A stretch of 64,000 nt of DNA, taken from assembly GCA_017465845.1 (NCBI GenBank), contig JAFTVH010000139.1, positions 9,114 through 73,113 of the forward strand, in the 5' to 3' direction. The notes beneath the pieces were generated by a model. The model saw only the letters and a list, made by a program, of their open reading frames with translations, was not told the origin of the DNA and made no database searches. Shown here in pieces: positions 39,175 through 49,196 of this stretch. Both the position numbers and the translations under genes were made by a program. Position 1 is the first letter of the stretch, and each line of letters starts with the position of its first letter. The stretch comes from Lachnospiraceae bacterium (lineage in GTDB: Bacteria; Bacillota; Clostridia; Lachnospirales; Lachnospiraceae).

Positions 39175-40068
39175 ATGGAAAAAGCGTTTAAACTGGATTT
39201 TAAAAGTGACAGGGTGGGCAGTCTGTATGCCAATAACTGCGGCTGTTCGCAGACGCAGCCCTTACATAGCTTCGGACCGGCATCCAAGCCTCATTACCTG
39301 ATTCATTATGTTTTGAGCGGTAAAGGAATTTTTCGATTCCATGATAAGGAATACCGACTGGAGGCGGGCTATGGTTTTCTCATTCAGCCCAATGAGCTGG
39401 CATTTTACCAGGCGGACGAGGAGGAACCCTGGTGTTACCTCTGGGTGGGGTTTGCCGGAAGCCGGGCAGAAGAATATCTGAGAGCAATCGGGCTGTCGGA
39501 CAGGCATCCTATTTTTACATGCGACCGGTCGGAAGAGTTGTATGCCATTGTAAGGGACATGATGGAGCACAGTACTTTTGGGATTGCTAATGATCTTAGG
39601 AGAAACGGGCAGCTTGGTGTCTTTCTGTCTATTATTGCGGAGAGTGCCGGGGTGGTTGCCAGAGATGAAGAGGATAAAGGGAATCAATATGTGAAAAAGG
39701 CAGTTTCCTTTATTCAGAACAACTATTGTAATCCCATCAAGGTAACGGATGTGGCAGAATATGTGTGTATCAATCGAAGCTATCTTTATACATTGTTCCA
39801 GAACTACCTGGGGATGAGCCCCCAGCAGTTTCTGACGGTGTTCCGCATTACCAAGGCAAGAGAACTTCTGGAATCTACTAATTATTCCATTGAAAGTATT
39901 GCACTTTCCTGCGGCTACAGTGATGCGCTGGTATTTACTAAGGCTTTCAGGGCACTGCGTGGCACATCACCTTCCCAGTATCGCAAGGATCTGCGGAAGG
40001 AGAACAGTCGTGAACAGTTAAAACAGGTGGAAGATTTGATTGCGGAACTGGTAAAACAGGGAGAGTAA
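39175..40068 (+). CDS. AraC-family regulator (MsmR-like; probable galactose/galactoside regulator)
   Basis: HSFGPA..HYLIHYVLSGKG and IALSCGYSDALVFTKAF; lies upstream of galKT. Confidence 0.9.
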   Translation: MEKAFKLDFKSDRVGSLYANNCGCSQTQPLHSFGPASKPHYLIHYVLSGKGIFRFHDKEYRLEAGYGFLIQPNELAFYQADEEEPWCYLWVGFAGSRAEEYLRAIGLSDRHPIFTCDRSEELYAIVRDMMEHSTFGIANDLRRNGQLGVFLSIIAESAGVVARDEEDKGNQYVKKAVSFIQNNYCNPIKVTDVAEYVCINRSYLYTLFQNYLGMSPQQFLTVFRITKARELLESTNYSIESIALSCGYSDALVFTKAFRALRGTSPSQYRKDLRKENSREQLKQVEDLIAELVKQGE

Positions 40069-40094
40069 AGCAGGAAGGAGAATGAATGTCTGCT

Positions 40095-40460
40095 TTACGG
40101 AATCACTTCAAACTCCGCGCTGCCCAGTCGTTTTCCATTCACTACGATTTTCAACTCGCAAGGAATGGGAACAAAACGTGGATGCCGGATGTCAGGATTA
40201 ATTGTATGGTGTCGATTGTATTGGAGGAAACCGGTGGGACATTTTCGATTGGATATCCGGTACAGACGGGCTACTTTCCTGCCGTCAGGTTCCGGATGTA
40301 CGATCTCATAACGAATATCCAGTCGGATATTCCGGTCAGAAACATTCTGAAGCGTAAAAGTAAAGCGCAGATCTTCTTCAGACCCCACTTCTGTCGTCAA
40401 TATTTCGAAATGTGTCATTGAGATGGAATTGCTGATATCCAGGTCGATGATATTTCCCAT
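40095..40460 (-). CDS. Hypothetical protein resembling the Ig-like C-terminal domain of AlkC DNA glycosylases
   Basis: All-beta pattern LRFTFTLQN...LDIRYEI...DG...LYRI...LKIVVNG....AEFEV; RBS AAAGGGA. Confidence 0.55.
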   Translation of the reverse strand: MGNIIDLDISNSISMTHFEILTTEVGSEEDLRFTFTLQNVSDRNIRLDIRYEIVHPEPDGRKVARLYRISNRKCPTGFLQYNRHHTINPDIRHPRFVPIPCELKIVVNGKRLGSAEFEVIP

Positions 40461-40608
40461 AAATAGTCCCTTTCCGGTAAATGACAGCTTGGTCCCGAAA
40501 GTGTGTGCCGGGGCTGCAGTAATCTTGGTAAAATCAGTATAACATATATCTGGAAAAAATCTACAACTCCAGGGAAATTTAAGTAAAGCTTAAGACTTCT
40601 TGGAATCT

Positions 40609-40748
40609 GTAACAGTTCAGACGGGGTCTAAACTGTTACGTAGATGCACACAAAATGCGCTAAAAGCGCATTTTGGCGCACGCAAGTCTTGCAAAATCGC
40701 ACTGAAGTGCGATTTTGACTGCGCGGTGCCGGCTGTCTGAACTGTTAC
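40609..40748. mobile_element. 140-bp MITE with 14-bp TIRs and an 8-bp TSD
   Basis: TIRs GTAACAGTTCAGAC / GTCTGAACTGTTAC; TSD TGGAATCT at 40601-40608 and 40749-40756; internal palindromes. Confidence 0.88.
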
Positions 40749-40895
40749 TGGAATCTAACATTTTGACAGATTAAAAGAACAAATGGATGTGGCAATTTAT
40801 GTCATTTAAGATATAATGGAATTACGATGGATGATTATGAGGTCTGTATACATATGCGAAATGTGTCGACCGGAACTGAAATGGAGGGTTATCTC

Positions 40896-42059
40896 ATGAA
40901 AGATGTGATTCTTGCAAAATTCGCAGAAGTATTTGGTGATAAGGAAGGTGCGAAGGCTTTTTTTGCACCGGGACGTGTTAATATGATCGGAGAACATACT
41001 GACTATAACGGCGGTCATGTATTTCCCTGCGCGCTGACCATCGGAACTTATGGTGTGGCTCGCAAAAGAGATGATAATAAGCTGAGATTCTATTCCATGA
41101 ATTTCGAGCAGCTGGGCGTGATCGAGTCCTCTCTCGATGATCTGAAGCCTTATAAAGAGGCTAACTGGACCAACTATCCTAAGGGTGTGATGTGGGCATT
41201 TGAGCAGAAAGGAATGAAAATTCCCTGCGGTATGGACCTGATGCTGAACGGTAACATTCCCAACGGTTCCGGCCTGTCCTCTTCTGCATCCGTAGAGGTG
41301 CTCACCGGTTACATATTAAGAGATTTCTTTGGCTTTGATGTGACCAATCAGGATCTGGCTCTCATCGGACAGTTTTCCGAGAATAAGTTCAATGGTGTAA
41401 ACTGTGGTATCATGGACCAGTTCGCCATTGCAATGGGTAAAGAAGGACACGCTATTTTCCTGGATACAGCTGATCTGTCCTATGAATACGCACCCATCAA
41501 GCTGGAGAATGCCAAGATCGTCATTGCATGCAGCAACAAAAAGCGTGGTCTGGGTGATTCCAAGTACAACGAGCGCCGCAGCGAGTGTGAGACTGCACTG
41601 GCTGAACTGCAGACCGTAGCAGATATCAAGTCTCTGGGTGAGCTGACAGAAGAAGCTTTCGAGGCTCATAAGTCTGCTATCAAGAGTGATATCCGTATGA
41701 AACGTGCAAAACACGCAGTATATGAGAACCAGCGTACCGTTAAGGCTGTGGAAGCTCTGAAAAATAATGATGTAAAGCTGTTTGGTCAGTTGATGAATGC
41801 TTCCCATGTCTCTCTGAGAGATGATTATGAGGTAACCGGTATCGAACTGGATACTCTGGTTGAAGAAGCATGGAAGGTAGACGGTGTCATCGGTTCCCGT
41901 ATGACAGGCGCAGGCTTTGGCGGATGTACTGTTAGTATCGTGGAAGATAAGGCTATTGATACCTTTATTGACAGTGTTGGTAAGGCATATCTTCAGAAGA
42001 TCGGCTATGCGGCTGACTTCTACGTAGTAGAGATTGGTGACGGTCCCTGCGTTCTGTAG
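40896..42059 (+). CDS. galK: Galactokinase
   Basis: APGRVNMIGEHTDYNGG, PNGSGLSSSAS, CGIMDQ and SRMTGAGFGGC. Confidence 0.98.
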   Translation: MKDVILAKFAEVFGDKEGAKAFFAPGRVNMIGEHTDYNGGHVFPCALTIGTYGVARKRDDNKLRFYSMNFEQLGVIESSLDDLKPYKEANWTNYPKGVMWAFEQKGMKIPCGMDLMLNGNIPNGSGLSSSASVEVLTGYILRDFFGFDVTNQDLALIGQFSENKFNGVNCGIMDQFAIAMGKEGHAIFLDTADLSYEYAPIKLENAKIVIACSNKKRGLGDSKYNERRSECETALAELQTVADIKSLGELTEEAFEAHKSAIKSDIRMKRAKHAVYENQRTVKAVEALKNNDVKLFGQLMNASHVSLRDDYEVTGIELDTLVEEAWKVDGVIGSRMTGAGFGGCTVSIVEDKAIDTFIDSVGKAYLQKIGYAADFYVVEIGDGPCVL

Positions 42060-42071
42060 AAAGGATAAAAT

Positions 42072-43580
42072 ATGATTCAGACTGATATCAGAAAATTAGT
42101 GGCCTATGGTGTGCAGACCGGGCTGGTTCCCAAGGAAGATGTAATTTTTACAACCAATAAATTGCTGGAGTTGTTCAAGCTGGATGAGCTGGAGGAGAGC
42201 AACGAAGAGATTACCATGCAGGTTGAGGAGTTGGAGGCAGTTCTCGGCCGAATGATGGATTATGCGTACGAGCAGGGCATCATGACGGAGAACAGCATTG
42301 TATACCGCGATCTGTTTGACACTAAAATTATGAGCATGCTGATGCCCCGCCCCAGTGAAGTCATCGGTAAGTTCAAAGAGCTGTATGAGAAAGAATCTCC
42401 TCAGGCAGCTACCGACTATTATTATAAATTAAGCTGTGATTCCGACTATATCCGCAGATATCGCATCTGCAAGGATATGAAATGGGTCACTCCTACCAAA
42501 TACGGTGATCTGGACGTCACCATCAACCTGTCCAAGCCGGAGAAAGACCCGAAAGCGATTGCAGCAGCCAAGAATGCAAAGCAGTCAGGCTATCCGAAGT
42601 GTCTGCTTTGCCGTGAAAATGAAGGCTATGCCGGCCGCGTGAACCATCCGGCAAGACAGAATCACCGCATTATCCCGGTGACGATCAACGACAGCCAGTG
42701 GGGATTTCAGTATTCTCCTTACGTATATTACAATGAGCACTGCATCGTATTTAATTCCCAGCATGTGCCTATGAAGATTGAGAGAGCCACTTTCTGCAAG
42801 CTGTTTGATTTTGTAAAGCAGTTCCCACACTACTTCGTAGGCTCTAATGCGGACCTGCCCATCGTAGGCGGCTCCATTTTAAGCCACGACCATTTCCAGG
42901 GCGGTCACTACGAGTTTGCCATGGCTAAGGCTTCTATCGACAGAACCTTTACCGTAAACGGTTTTGAGGATGTGGAAGCCGGTATCGTGAACTGGCCCAT
43001 GTCTGTTATCCGCTTGAGCGGTGAAGATACTGACCGCATCATCGAACTGGCAGATGTGATCTTGAAAAAATGGAGAGGTTATACTGATGAGGACGCATTT
43101 GTTTTTGCTGAAACAGATGGAGAACCTCACAATACCATTACGCCGATCGCCAGAAAGCGTGGAGAGAAGTTCGAGCTGGACCTGGTACTGCGCAATAATA
43201 TCACTACTGAGGAGCATCCTCTTGGTGTGTACCATCCCCATGCAAAGCTTCATCATATCAAGAAGGAAAATATCGGTCTGATCGAGGTAATGGGTCTGGC
43301 TGTTCTGCCTGCCCGCTTAAAGAGCGAGATGGCCGAGCTGAAAGAAGCGATTCTTAAAGGTGCAGACCTGCGTGCCAATGAAGTACTGGAAAAGCATGCA
43401 GACTGGGTAGAGGAATTTGCGCCAAAGTATGAGAAAATCGATGCTTCCAATATCGATGAGATCGTGGAGAAAGAAATTGGTCTGGTGTTTATGGAAGTGC
43501 TGGAGGATGCCGGAGTGTATAAGAGGACTGCAGAAGGACAGAAGGCATTTGACAGGTTTGTGGAGTGTCTGGGTGAGTGA
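42072..43580 (+). CDS. galT: Galactose-1-phosphate uridylyltransferase (Firmicute class II)
   Basis: INLSKPEKDPKAIA, YPKCLLC.ENEGY.G, DLPIVGGSILSHDHFQGG and HIKKENIGLIEVMGLA. Confidence 0.97.
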   Translation: MIQTDIRKLVAYGVQTGLVPKEDVIFTTNKLLELFKLDELEESNEEITMQVEELEAVLGRMMDYAYEQGIMTENSIVYRDLFDTKIMSMLMPRPSEVIGKFKELYEKESPQAATDYYYKLSCDSDYIRRYRICKDMKWVTPTKYGDLDVTINLSKPEKDPKAIAAAKNAKQSGYPKCLLCRENEGYAGRVNHPARQNHRIIPVTINDSQWGFQYSPYVYYNEHCIVFNSQHVPMKIERATFCKLFDFVKQFPHYFVGSNADLPIVGGSILSHDHFQGGHYEFAMAKASIDRTFTVNGFEDVEAGIVNWPMSVIRLSGEDTDRIIELADVILKKWRGYTDEDAFVFAETDGEPHNTITPIARKRGEKFELDLVLRNNITTEEHPLGVYHPHAKLHHIKKENIGLIEVMGLAVLPARLKSEMAELKEAILKGADLRANEVLEKHADWVEEFAPKYEKIDASNIDEIVEKEIGLVFMEVLEDAGVYKRTAEGQKAFDRFVECLGE

Positions 43581-43669
43581 AAACAGTTAAAAGAACTTGA
43601 CCTGGGATCCTAAGGAGGCTTCCTTAGAGGATATCGAGGCTCTGTATAGAAGTCTGCTGTAAATAAAAT

Positions 43670-43732
43670 GACCCGGATGCAGCCGCACTCACGAATCAGA
43701 AAGTGTGAGCGCGGCTGCACCCGGGTCTTTTT
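43670..43732 (+). terminator. Long-stem terminator after galT
   Basis: GACCCGGATGCAGCCGCACTCAC...GTGAGCGCGGCTGCACCCGGGTC-TTTTT. Confidence 0.8.
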
Positions 43733-43831
43733 AGGTGGCGCAGACTAAAGTGGCAGCTCCTGTCCCAGAATTCATCCATGAGCTGAGTACGGGAGAAGGT
43801 TTTCTTAGGATAGGATGAAGAGGTACAACAG

Positions 43832-44200
43832 CTATTTTAAACCTTTGATAAAAGGAATCAGGCAGAGCAAGATAACGATTCCTACGATACCGATGACAAT
43901 ACCGAGAACCATATTACTCCATACCATAGCAAGGCACATGCCTACGCCTAGAAGCAGGGAGCCGATAATACCGATCAGAATGGCACCAATGGTCTTGGGG
44001 GCGGGCTTAATCGGTGCTTTGTTCTCCATTTTTCTCCAAACCAATACCATGATGAGCAGAATGACTGCTCCGATTGCTCCCATGATGACGCCCGGCTGGA
44101 AAGCGTTCCATTCAGGAATCAGTGCCATACACATTCCGAGTGCAAAGAAGATTCCCCCGATTGTGCCAAGGATCATTGCGGTAAATGTACTTTTCTTCAT
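43832..44200 (-). CDS. Hypothetical 4-TM membrane protein with an internal duplication
   Basis: FALGMCMAL / LGVGMCLAM repeats; coupled to the upstream ORF. Confidence 0.85.
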   Translation of the reverse strand: MKKSTFTAMILGTIGGIFFALGMCMALIPEWNAFQPGVIMGAIGAVILLIMVLVWRKMENKAPIKPAPKTIGAILIGIIGSLLLGVGMCLAMVWSNMVLGIVIGIVGIVILLCLIPFIKGLK

Positions 44201-44458
44201 TACTTGTCACCGTCCTTTCCGGAAATGTTGTTCACTTCCTTTGCCTCAGCAGCCATTCTTGCCTTGGCTTCCTCTACGGTTTCGCCTTCTTTGGTGAAGA
44301 AACTGTCGACGAATTTATCGCTTATTTTCCGGAAGCCTTCAACAGCACCCTCTTCGATTTTCTTGTAGCCGCTTACAACGCCGTCTTCGATTTTCTTGTA
44401 ACCGGTTACTACTGCTTCTTCAATTTTTTTCATTTACTTCTGCAAACTTGTTTGACAT
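44200..44458 (-). CDS. Small protein with 11-residue amphipathic repeats; the RBS-linked start is frameshifted at an A7 run
   Basis: (Y)KKIEE/DxVVxG repeats. AAGGAG-N10-ATG at 44458 is in frame only with A6; an alternative ATG lies at 44433. Confidence 0.75.
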
Positions 44459-44818
44459 ATCTGTTATTCTCCTTTTTTGTGGCTGAGGTGTTTCAGCGTG
44501 TCTGATTTGTTTCATTTGATGATATGAGAATAATGGTTTTATGTTGCCGTAATGTTTGGGCTTTGTTTCTGAAATGTTAATTGGTAAAAAATTTGAATAA
44601 TAACATCATTTTTCAAGTTTTATCCGCCGAAAACCACCATTTTAAGTGAGACCAACGGATAAAAACTCTATTTTTCCCAGTTTCATCTGACGGAAATCAC
44701 TATTTCCCAGCGATAGCAACGGATAAACGAGCGTAACTTTTGCTTTTTTCATAGAGCCTCTGGATTTTCAATTGCAGAATATGGAAACATGAGATTATGA
44801 CAACTGTTTCGTCCCACG

Positions 44819-45658
44819 CTACTCACGTTTTTGCCGCATGAATTTCCCCGGCGTAGTATTCTTGTACCGTTTAAACACGCTGGAAAAATAGTTGCAGTTA
44901 TTAAACCCGCACCGATAGGCGATTTCTGTCAAACTCAGGTCCGTTTCCTGCATGAGGCGTTCTGCATTCATGACCCGTGTGAAATTAATATAATCAGTAA
45001 CTTTCAAGCCGGTGTGCTTCTTGAAGGACTTGAAAACGGTGCTTTCGCAGATGTGGAATTCCTCGGAGAGCTCCGCAATGGTAATGTTTCTGTGGTAATT
45101 TTCAGTGATGTATTCCATGATTTTCTGCGCAAGCACTTCGTTTTCGGTAGATGTGGCTTCACATCTGAGCGCATTGCGGTGAACTGCGACCAGAAATTCC
45201 GTGACATAGGCAAGGCATAAATCTTCGGAATACTCTTTCTTGGAACGAAATTCCTCCTTCATTTTATAAAGAAGCTTTAATAAATATGTCTGGTATTTTA
45301 GTGAAAGCGTGTAGCAAATATGCTTGGATAAATGCTCTAAAATTTCGGCCATATGTTTGGTTAGGAAAGATATTTTCAACTGCAGCTCAATGCGGGAGGT
45401 TTCGCCGGAGTCTGTATAAATACTTTTGTGAGGTACATAGGGAGGAATGACTAACAGTGTGCCTTCATAAACAGAGTAGCTTTTATTTCCGATAATAAAT
45501 GTGGCAGTGCCGCTCTTAATATAAAACAATTCATAAGAAGAGTGATAATGAAAATGCGGCATAAACCCGCCTTTTTTTTCGCGGATTTCGATATAAAGAG
45601 AGCGAGAACCGACTCTATCCTCTAATTTCGTTTGTTCACTTTGGGGTGTTTCAGGCAT
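44819..45658 (-). CDS. AraC-family regulator with a cupin domain
   Basis: HFHYHSSYELFY..SG, PPYVPH and IAYRCGFNNCNYFSSVFK. Confidence 0.93.
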   Translation of the reverse strand: MPETPQSEQTKLEDRVGSRSLYIEIREKKGGFMPHFHYHSSYELFYIKSGTATFIIGNKSYSVYEGTLLVIPPYVPHKSIYTDSGETSRIELQLKISFLTKHMAEILEHLSKHICYTLSLKYQTYLLKLLYKMKEEFRSKKEYSEDLCLAYVTEFLVAVHRNALRCEATSTENEVLAQKIMEYITENYHRNITIAELSEEFHICESTVFKSFKKHTGLKVTDYINFTRVMNAERLMQETDLSLTEIAYRCGFNNCNYFSSVFKRYKNTTPGKFMRQKRE

Positions 45659-45923
45659 GTTTAGACCTCCGGTATTCTATAAAATTCTGTAACTATTCTG
45701 CGATGCAGTTGTCACAGCCTAACGTTGCTCGGTGCTTCCATGTCTATATTTTACCATGCTTTTGCAATATGTGGAGAATTTTATGTGATTTTCAAGTACA
45801 GTTTTTTATAATTTTCAGAAAATGTACAGTTTCCTTGAAGAAGAGAAAGAAGGTTACATGATAAGATAAAAGTGTTTAAAGCAAGACCACAAAAATTTTG
45901 TTGTGAAGAGGAGAACATTATTT

Positions 45924-47078
45924 ATGAAACACAGTGCATTAGAGTATGCGGCACAGGCATGCGAGGCGATTATGACAAAGTATTCACCGCAGGAGCTTCC
46001 TCCTAAGGGAAGCTTTTTTTACCATCAGGGCGTATTTTTATCAGGTATGGAGCGCCTGTATGAGTTGACCGGGGACAGGAAATATTTTCATTATATCAAG
46101 GAATATGTGGATTATGTACTGGGTCCGAACGGCGAAGTGTACGGCTTCTGTCATGAGCTGGGCAAAAGAGAAGAGTCTCGCTTTGCGGGAAAAGAGTTGA
46201 CCATGCTGGATTGCAAACAGCCGGTAATTCTCTTGTACAAGCTCTATGATGAGACCGGGGATGAAAAGTATATGAATGCCATCAAGACCATCGGGGAGTC
46301 TATGTACTACTGGCCGGTCAATGAATACGGCGGATATTGGCACATGATGAATCAGCACAACCAGATGTGGATGGACGGCGCTTATATGTGCGGACCGCTA
46401 TCCGTGAAGTATGCCAAACGATTCGGCGCCACCGTTTTAAGAGAGCGCGCAATCAACCAGATTTTTATTATGAACGAGCATATTAAAGATGTGAAAACCG
46501 GGCTTTATTTCCATGGCTGGGACCCGGCCAAGAAGGCAAGATGGGCAAACAAAGAAACCGGTCGCTCCGAAAATATCTGGGGCCGGGCAGTGGGTTGGTA
46601 TGCAGTTGCCATTCTGGATATGTTGGATGATATTCCACAGGATCACCCTGCAGTTGAAAGAATGAAACAGATTGAGGCGGACTTATTGGAAGCATTGGTA
46701 AAATACCAGGATCCGGAGACTGGCATGTGGTACGAAGTCCTGGACAAGCCGGGAGCAGAGGGCAATTGGGTGGAAAGCTCCTGCACACACCTGTTTGTCT
46801 ATTCCTATGCCAAGGCCATCCGCCTGGGCATCATCTCCAAAGAAAAGTATGCACCGGTACTGGAGAAGGCTTATGCAGGCTGCGTAGATGCCTTATATTA
46901 TGATGATAAGGGTCAGCTCGTCGTGGATTATGTCTGTGTGGGTACTTGTATCGATGCGGGCACATATGAGCATTATATCAACCGTGGTTGCACCCAGAAT
47001 GATTTACACGGCATGGGTGCGTTTGTGCTGATGTGTACGGAGATGGAGAAATATAGACAAGTATACGAAGAGAAATAG
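45924..47078 (+). CDS. GH105 unsaturated rhamnogalacturonyl/glucuronyl hydrolase (YteR-like)
   Basis: GGYWH...QMWMDGAYM, TGLYFHGWD, WGRAVGW, ESSCT, CVGT and NDLHGMG. Confidence 0.92.
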   Translation: MKHSALEYAAQACEAIMTKYSPQELPPKGSFFYHQGVFLSGMERLYELTGDRKYFHYIKEYVDYVLGPNGEVYGFCHELGKREESRFAGKELTMLDCKQPVILLYKLYDETGDEKYMNAIKTIGESMYYWPVNEYGGYWHMMNQHNQMWMDGAYMCGPLSVKYAKRFGATVLRERAINQIFIMNEHIKDVKTGLYFHGWDPAKKARWANKETGRSENIWGRAVGWYAVAILDMLDDIPQDHPAVERMKQIEADLLEALVKYQDPETGMWYEVLDKPGAEGNWVESSCTHLFVYSYAKAIRLGIISKEKYAPVLEKAYAGCVDALYYDDKGQLVVDYVCVGTCIDAGTYEHYINRGCTQNDLHGMGAFVLMCTEMEKYRQVYEEK

Positions 47079-47120
47079 TGCTTTGGTGCGCGGAGTAAGT
47101 CCGGCCACCAGCATCATATA

Positions 47121-47166
47121 AAAAAAGCTTCAAGTGCTGACATTTTTATCAGTTCCTGAAGCTTTT
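47121..47166. terminator. Bidirectional terminator between GH105 and GH28
   Basis: AAAAGCTTCA...TGAAGCTTTT flanking an imperfect stem. Confidence 0.6.
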
Positions 47167-47172
47167 AACTCG

Positions 47173-48513
47173 TTATAGCCGGCTCTTTAAGCAAATCTCC
47201 ACATCCTCGCAGAATTCCTCCTCCACAAGCACATTTTCTTCCGGATTATATGGCTGGCAATAAGTAACCCGTCCGGTCACCGCCAGCCCCTTCACATACC
47301 TTCCATACACCACCGGAATGGAATGCGGATACACCTTTCGGATGGACGGCAACTCATCAAAATACCCATGTAGCTGTGTGCCCTGTTTACAAAGCACAAT
47401 GTTCATATTGGTCAGGGAGATGTCTTCGATGACAGAATCCTCCTCGCCGCCCACAAAAATGCCGGATTCGGCCTTCATATTCATGGAATCCACTGTGATA
47501 TTTTTGATGGTTCCCGGGAAGGTTTTGTTTTCATTACGGTAGGTGGCACTGATAAAGAATGGTTCGCCTACACCCCACCATCTGGCAGGACCTTTTACAC
47601 GGTGAACGGCATCGGCATATTTTAAGACGTTGCCGGTGATGTGGTGGATGTAGATATCGGAGATATTTCCTCCGTCACGGGCCCAGATACCGATTCCGCG
47701 GGAGCAGTTCTTCATGATACAGTTGCTGATAATGATGTTGCGGATGTCGCCATGGGTCTCGGTGCCAATCTTGACGCCGGAATCTCTGGAAGTCAATACA
47801 CAGTTGCTGACTACAATGTTTTCGCTGGCGCCATACTTTTGGGTCATGAGCCGGGTGGTTTTGACCACGACAGCATCGTCGCCGGTTTCAACCAGGCAAT
47901 TGCTGATCATAACATCCTTGCAGCAGTCCGGGTCAATGCCGTCATTGTTGGCGCCACGGTGGTTGTTCAGGATTTTGATATTATGTACCATGACGCGGCG
48001 GCACCCAGCCATATGCAGTGACCAGGAGGCAGCATCGCGGATGGTAATATCTTTAATCTTTAAGTCGGTTATAGCTTCCAGAAACGTGGTTCTTGGCCGG
48101 AACGGGGCAATATTCAGAGGGCATTCGTGGAAGTCGCCGTCTGCAAGGTCGTCAATAAACAGCTTGCTTCCCTGACCCTGTATGGTGCCTTCACCGGAAA
48201 TAGTAATGTTGTGTTCGTGATATGCAAACAGGAAGCATCCGCCTGCCCAGACCTCTTCATCCGGTCCGTACAGTTCGCGAAAGCTTAAAATTTCCTTTTC
48301 ATCGCAGCTGCACAACAAAACAGCCCCTGCTGACAAGTGAAAGTCTATATTGCTCTTCAGTCGAATGGTGCCGCTTAAGAAGGTCCCGGCAGGTATCAGA
48401 ACCTGCCCGCCGTTTATAGAAGCCGCGTCAATGGCACGCTGGATTGCTTCTGCATTGTTTGTGACACCGTCCGCCACAGCGCCGTAATTGAGAATATTAA
48501 ATACACTATTCAT
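47173..48513 (-). CDS. GH28 polygalacturonase-like beta-helix protein
   Basis: YGAVADG, FRPR, NNDGIDPD, GDDAVVVK and KIGTET. Confidence 0.92.
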   Translation of the reverse strand: MNSVFNILNYGAVADGVTNNAEAIQRAIDAASINGGQVLIPAGTFLSGTIRLKSNIDFHLSAGAVLLCSCDEKEILSFRELYGPDEEVWAGGCFLFAYHEHNITISGEGTIQGQGSKLFIDDLADGDFHECPLNIAPFRPRTTFLEAITDLKIKDITIRDAASWSLHMAGCRRVMVHNIKILNNHRGANNDGIDPDCCKDVMISNCLVETGDDAVVVKTTRLMTQKYGASENIVVSNCVLTSRDSGVKIGTETHGDIRNIIISNCIMKNCSRGIGIWARDGGNISDIYIHHITGNVLKYADAVHRVKGPARWWGVGEPFFISATYRNENKTFPGTIKNITVDSMNMKAESGIFVGGEEDSVIEDISLTNMNIVLCKQGTQLHGYFDELPSIRKVYPHSIPVVYGRYVKGLAVTGRVTYCQPYNPEENVLVEEEFCEDVEICLKSRL

Positions 48514-49192
48514 GAAAAATTTCCTCCCATCCAAGTGAGAACAGTTCCTGTAAGTCTACAAAGTTTCCTTCGCCTGAAAAGTCGTGATCGAAATGACTTT
48601 TTGGATTTAATGCCCGCCATTTTTCGATAACTGCCGATTCTTCCGTGCTCTTCAGGTTCAGATGCGTGATGATTCGCGGACTTTCGGAATAGGTAAAAAG
48701 AATTGTATCATGCAGCCCGATGGAAAGATATCTTTCCCCTTCAAACAGGCCTTCCTCCAAAAGTTCCTTATGGTAGTATAAGTAGGTCATCAGTTTGTCC
48801 GGCAACAGATAAGCGCTGCGCCCAATTCTTTCTTTTTTACTGTTTCTGCGCCAGTTTTCTACACTGTCCGGTATGGCATTGTAATAAACAATATGCATTG
48901 GCAGCCATTCCTGATATGTTTCCTTAACCGGTACTGATTCCAGATGCTCCGTCAGAGCAGGAAATAAGTCCTGGGGAGACAGGGCATGCGGCACATTTGC
49001 CACCGCCTCATAATACAGGAAAATCATGTTCTTGTATCGGTACAGCGCCACGGTCATACAATCCTTTTTGCGGATAATACTTGCGATAGTATCACGGTCG
49101 GAAGCTAGGGCGCTTTGTAAAATAGTATTTAAATTGGTTTCAATGGCATATTTCTTCTGCAAATATGCCATATATTGATATCGTACAATCAT
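48506..49192 (-). CDS. Hypothetical protein, possibly tandem L-rhamnose-mutarotase-like domains
   Basis: Two related halves (LYRYKNMIFLYYE / IGLHDTILFTYSE) and YLYYH resembling the RhaM Y..H motif; translationally coupled. Confidence 0.55.
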   Translation of the reverse strand: MIVRYQYMAYLQKKYAIETNLNTILQSALASDRDTIASIIRKKDCMTVALYRYKNMIFLYYEAVANVPHALSPQDLFPALTEHLESVPVKETYQEWLPMHIVYYNAIPDSVENWRRNSKKERIGRSAYLLPDKLMTYLYYHKELLEEGLFEGERYLSIGLHDTILFTYSESPRIITHLNLKSTEESAVIEKWRALNPKSHFDHDFSGEGNFVDLQELFSLGWEEIFHE

Positions 49193-49196
49193 GGAA

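Noticed and set aside
43815-44297. 160-aa plus-strand ORF and other long antisense ORFs (e.g. 5957-6715, 15079-16002, 58141-59073)
   Set aside because: They are shadows of well-supported genes on the opposite strand, with no recognisable motifs.
44610-44740. Degenerate repeats (CAACGGATAAA x2, TATTT(TT)CCCAG x2)
   Set aside because: Only two imperfect copies with no defined unit or boundaries; not enough to call an element.
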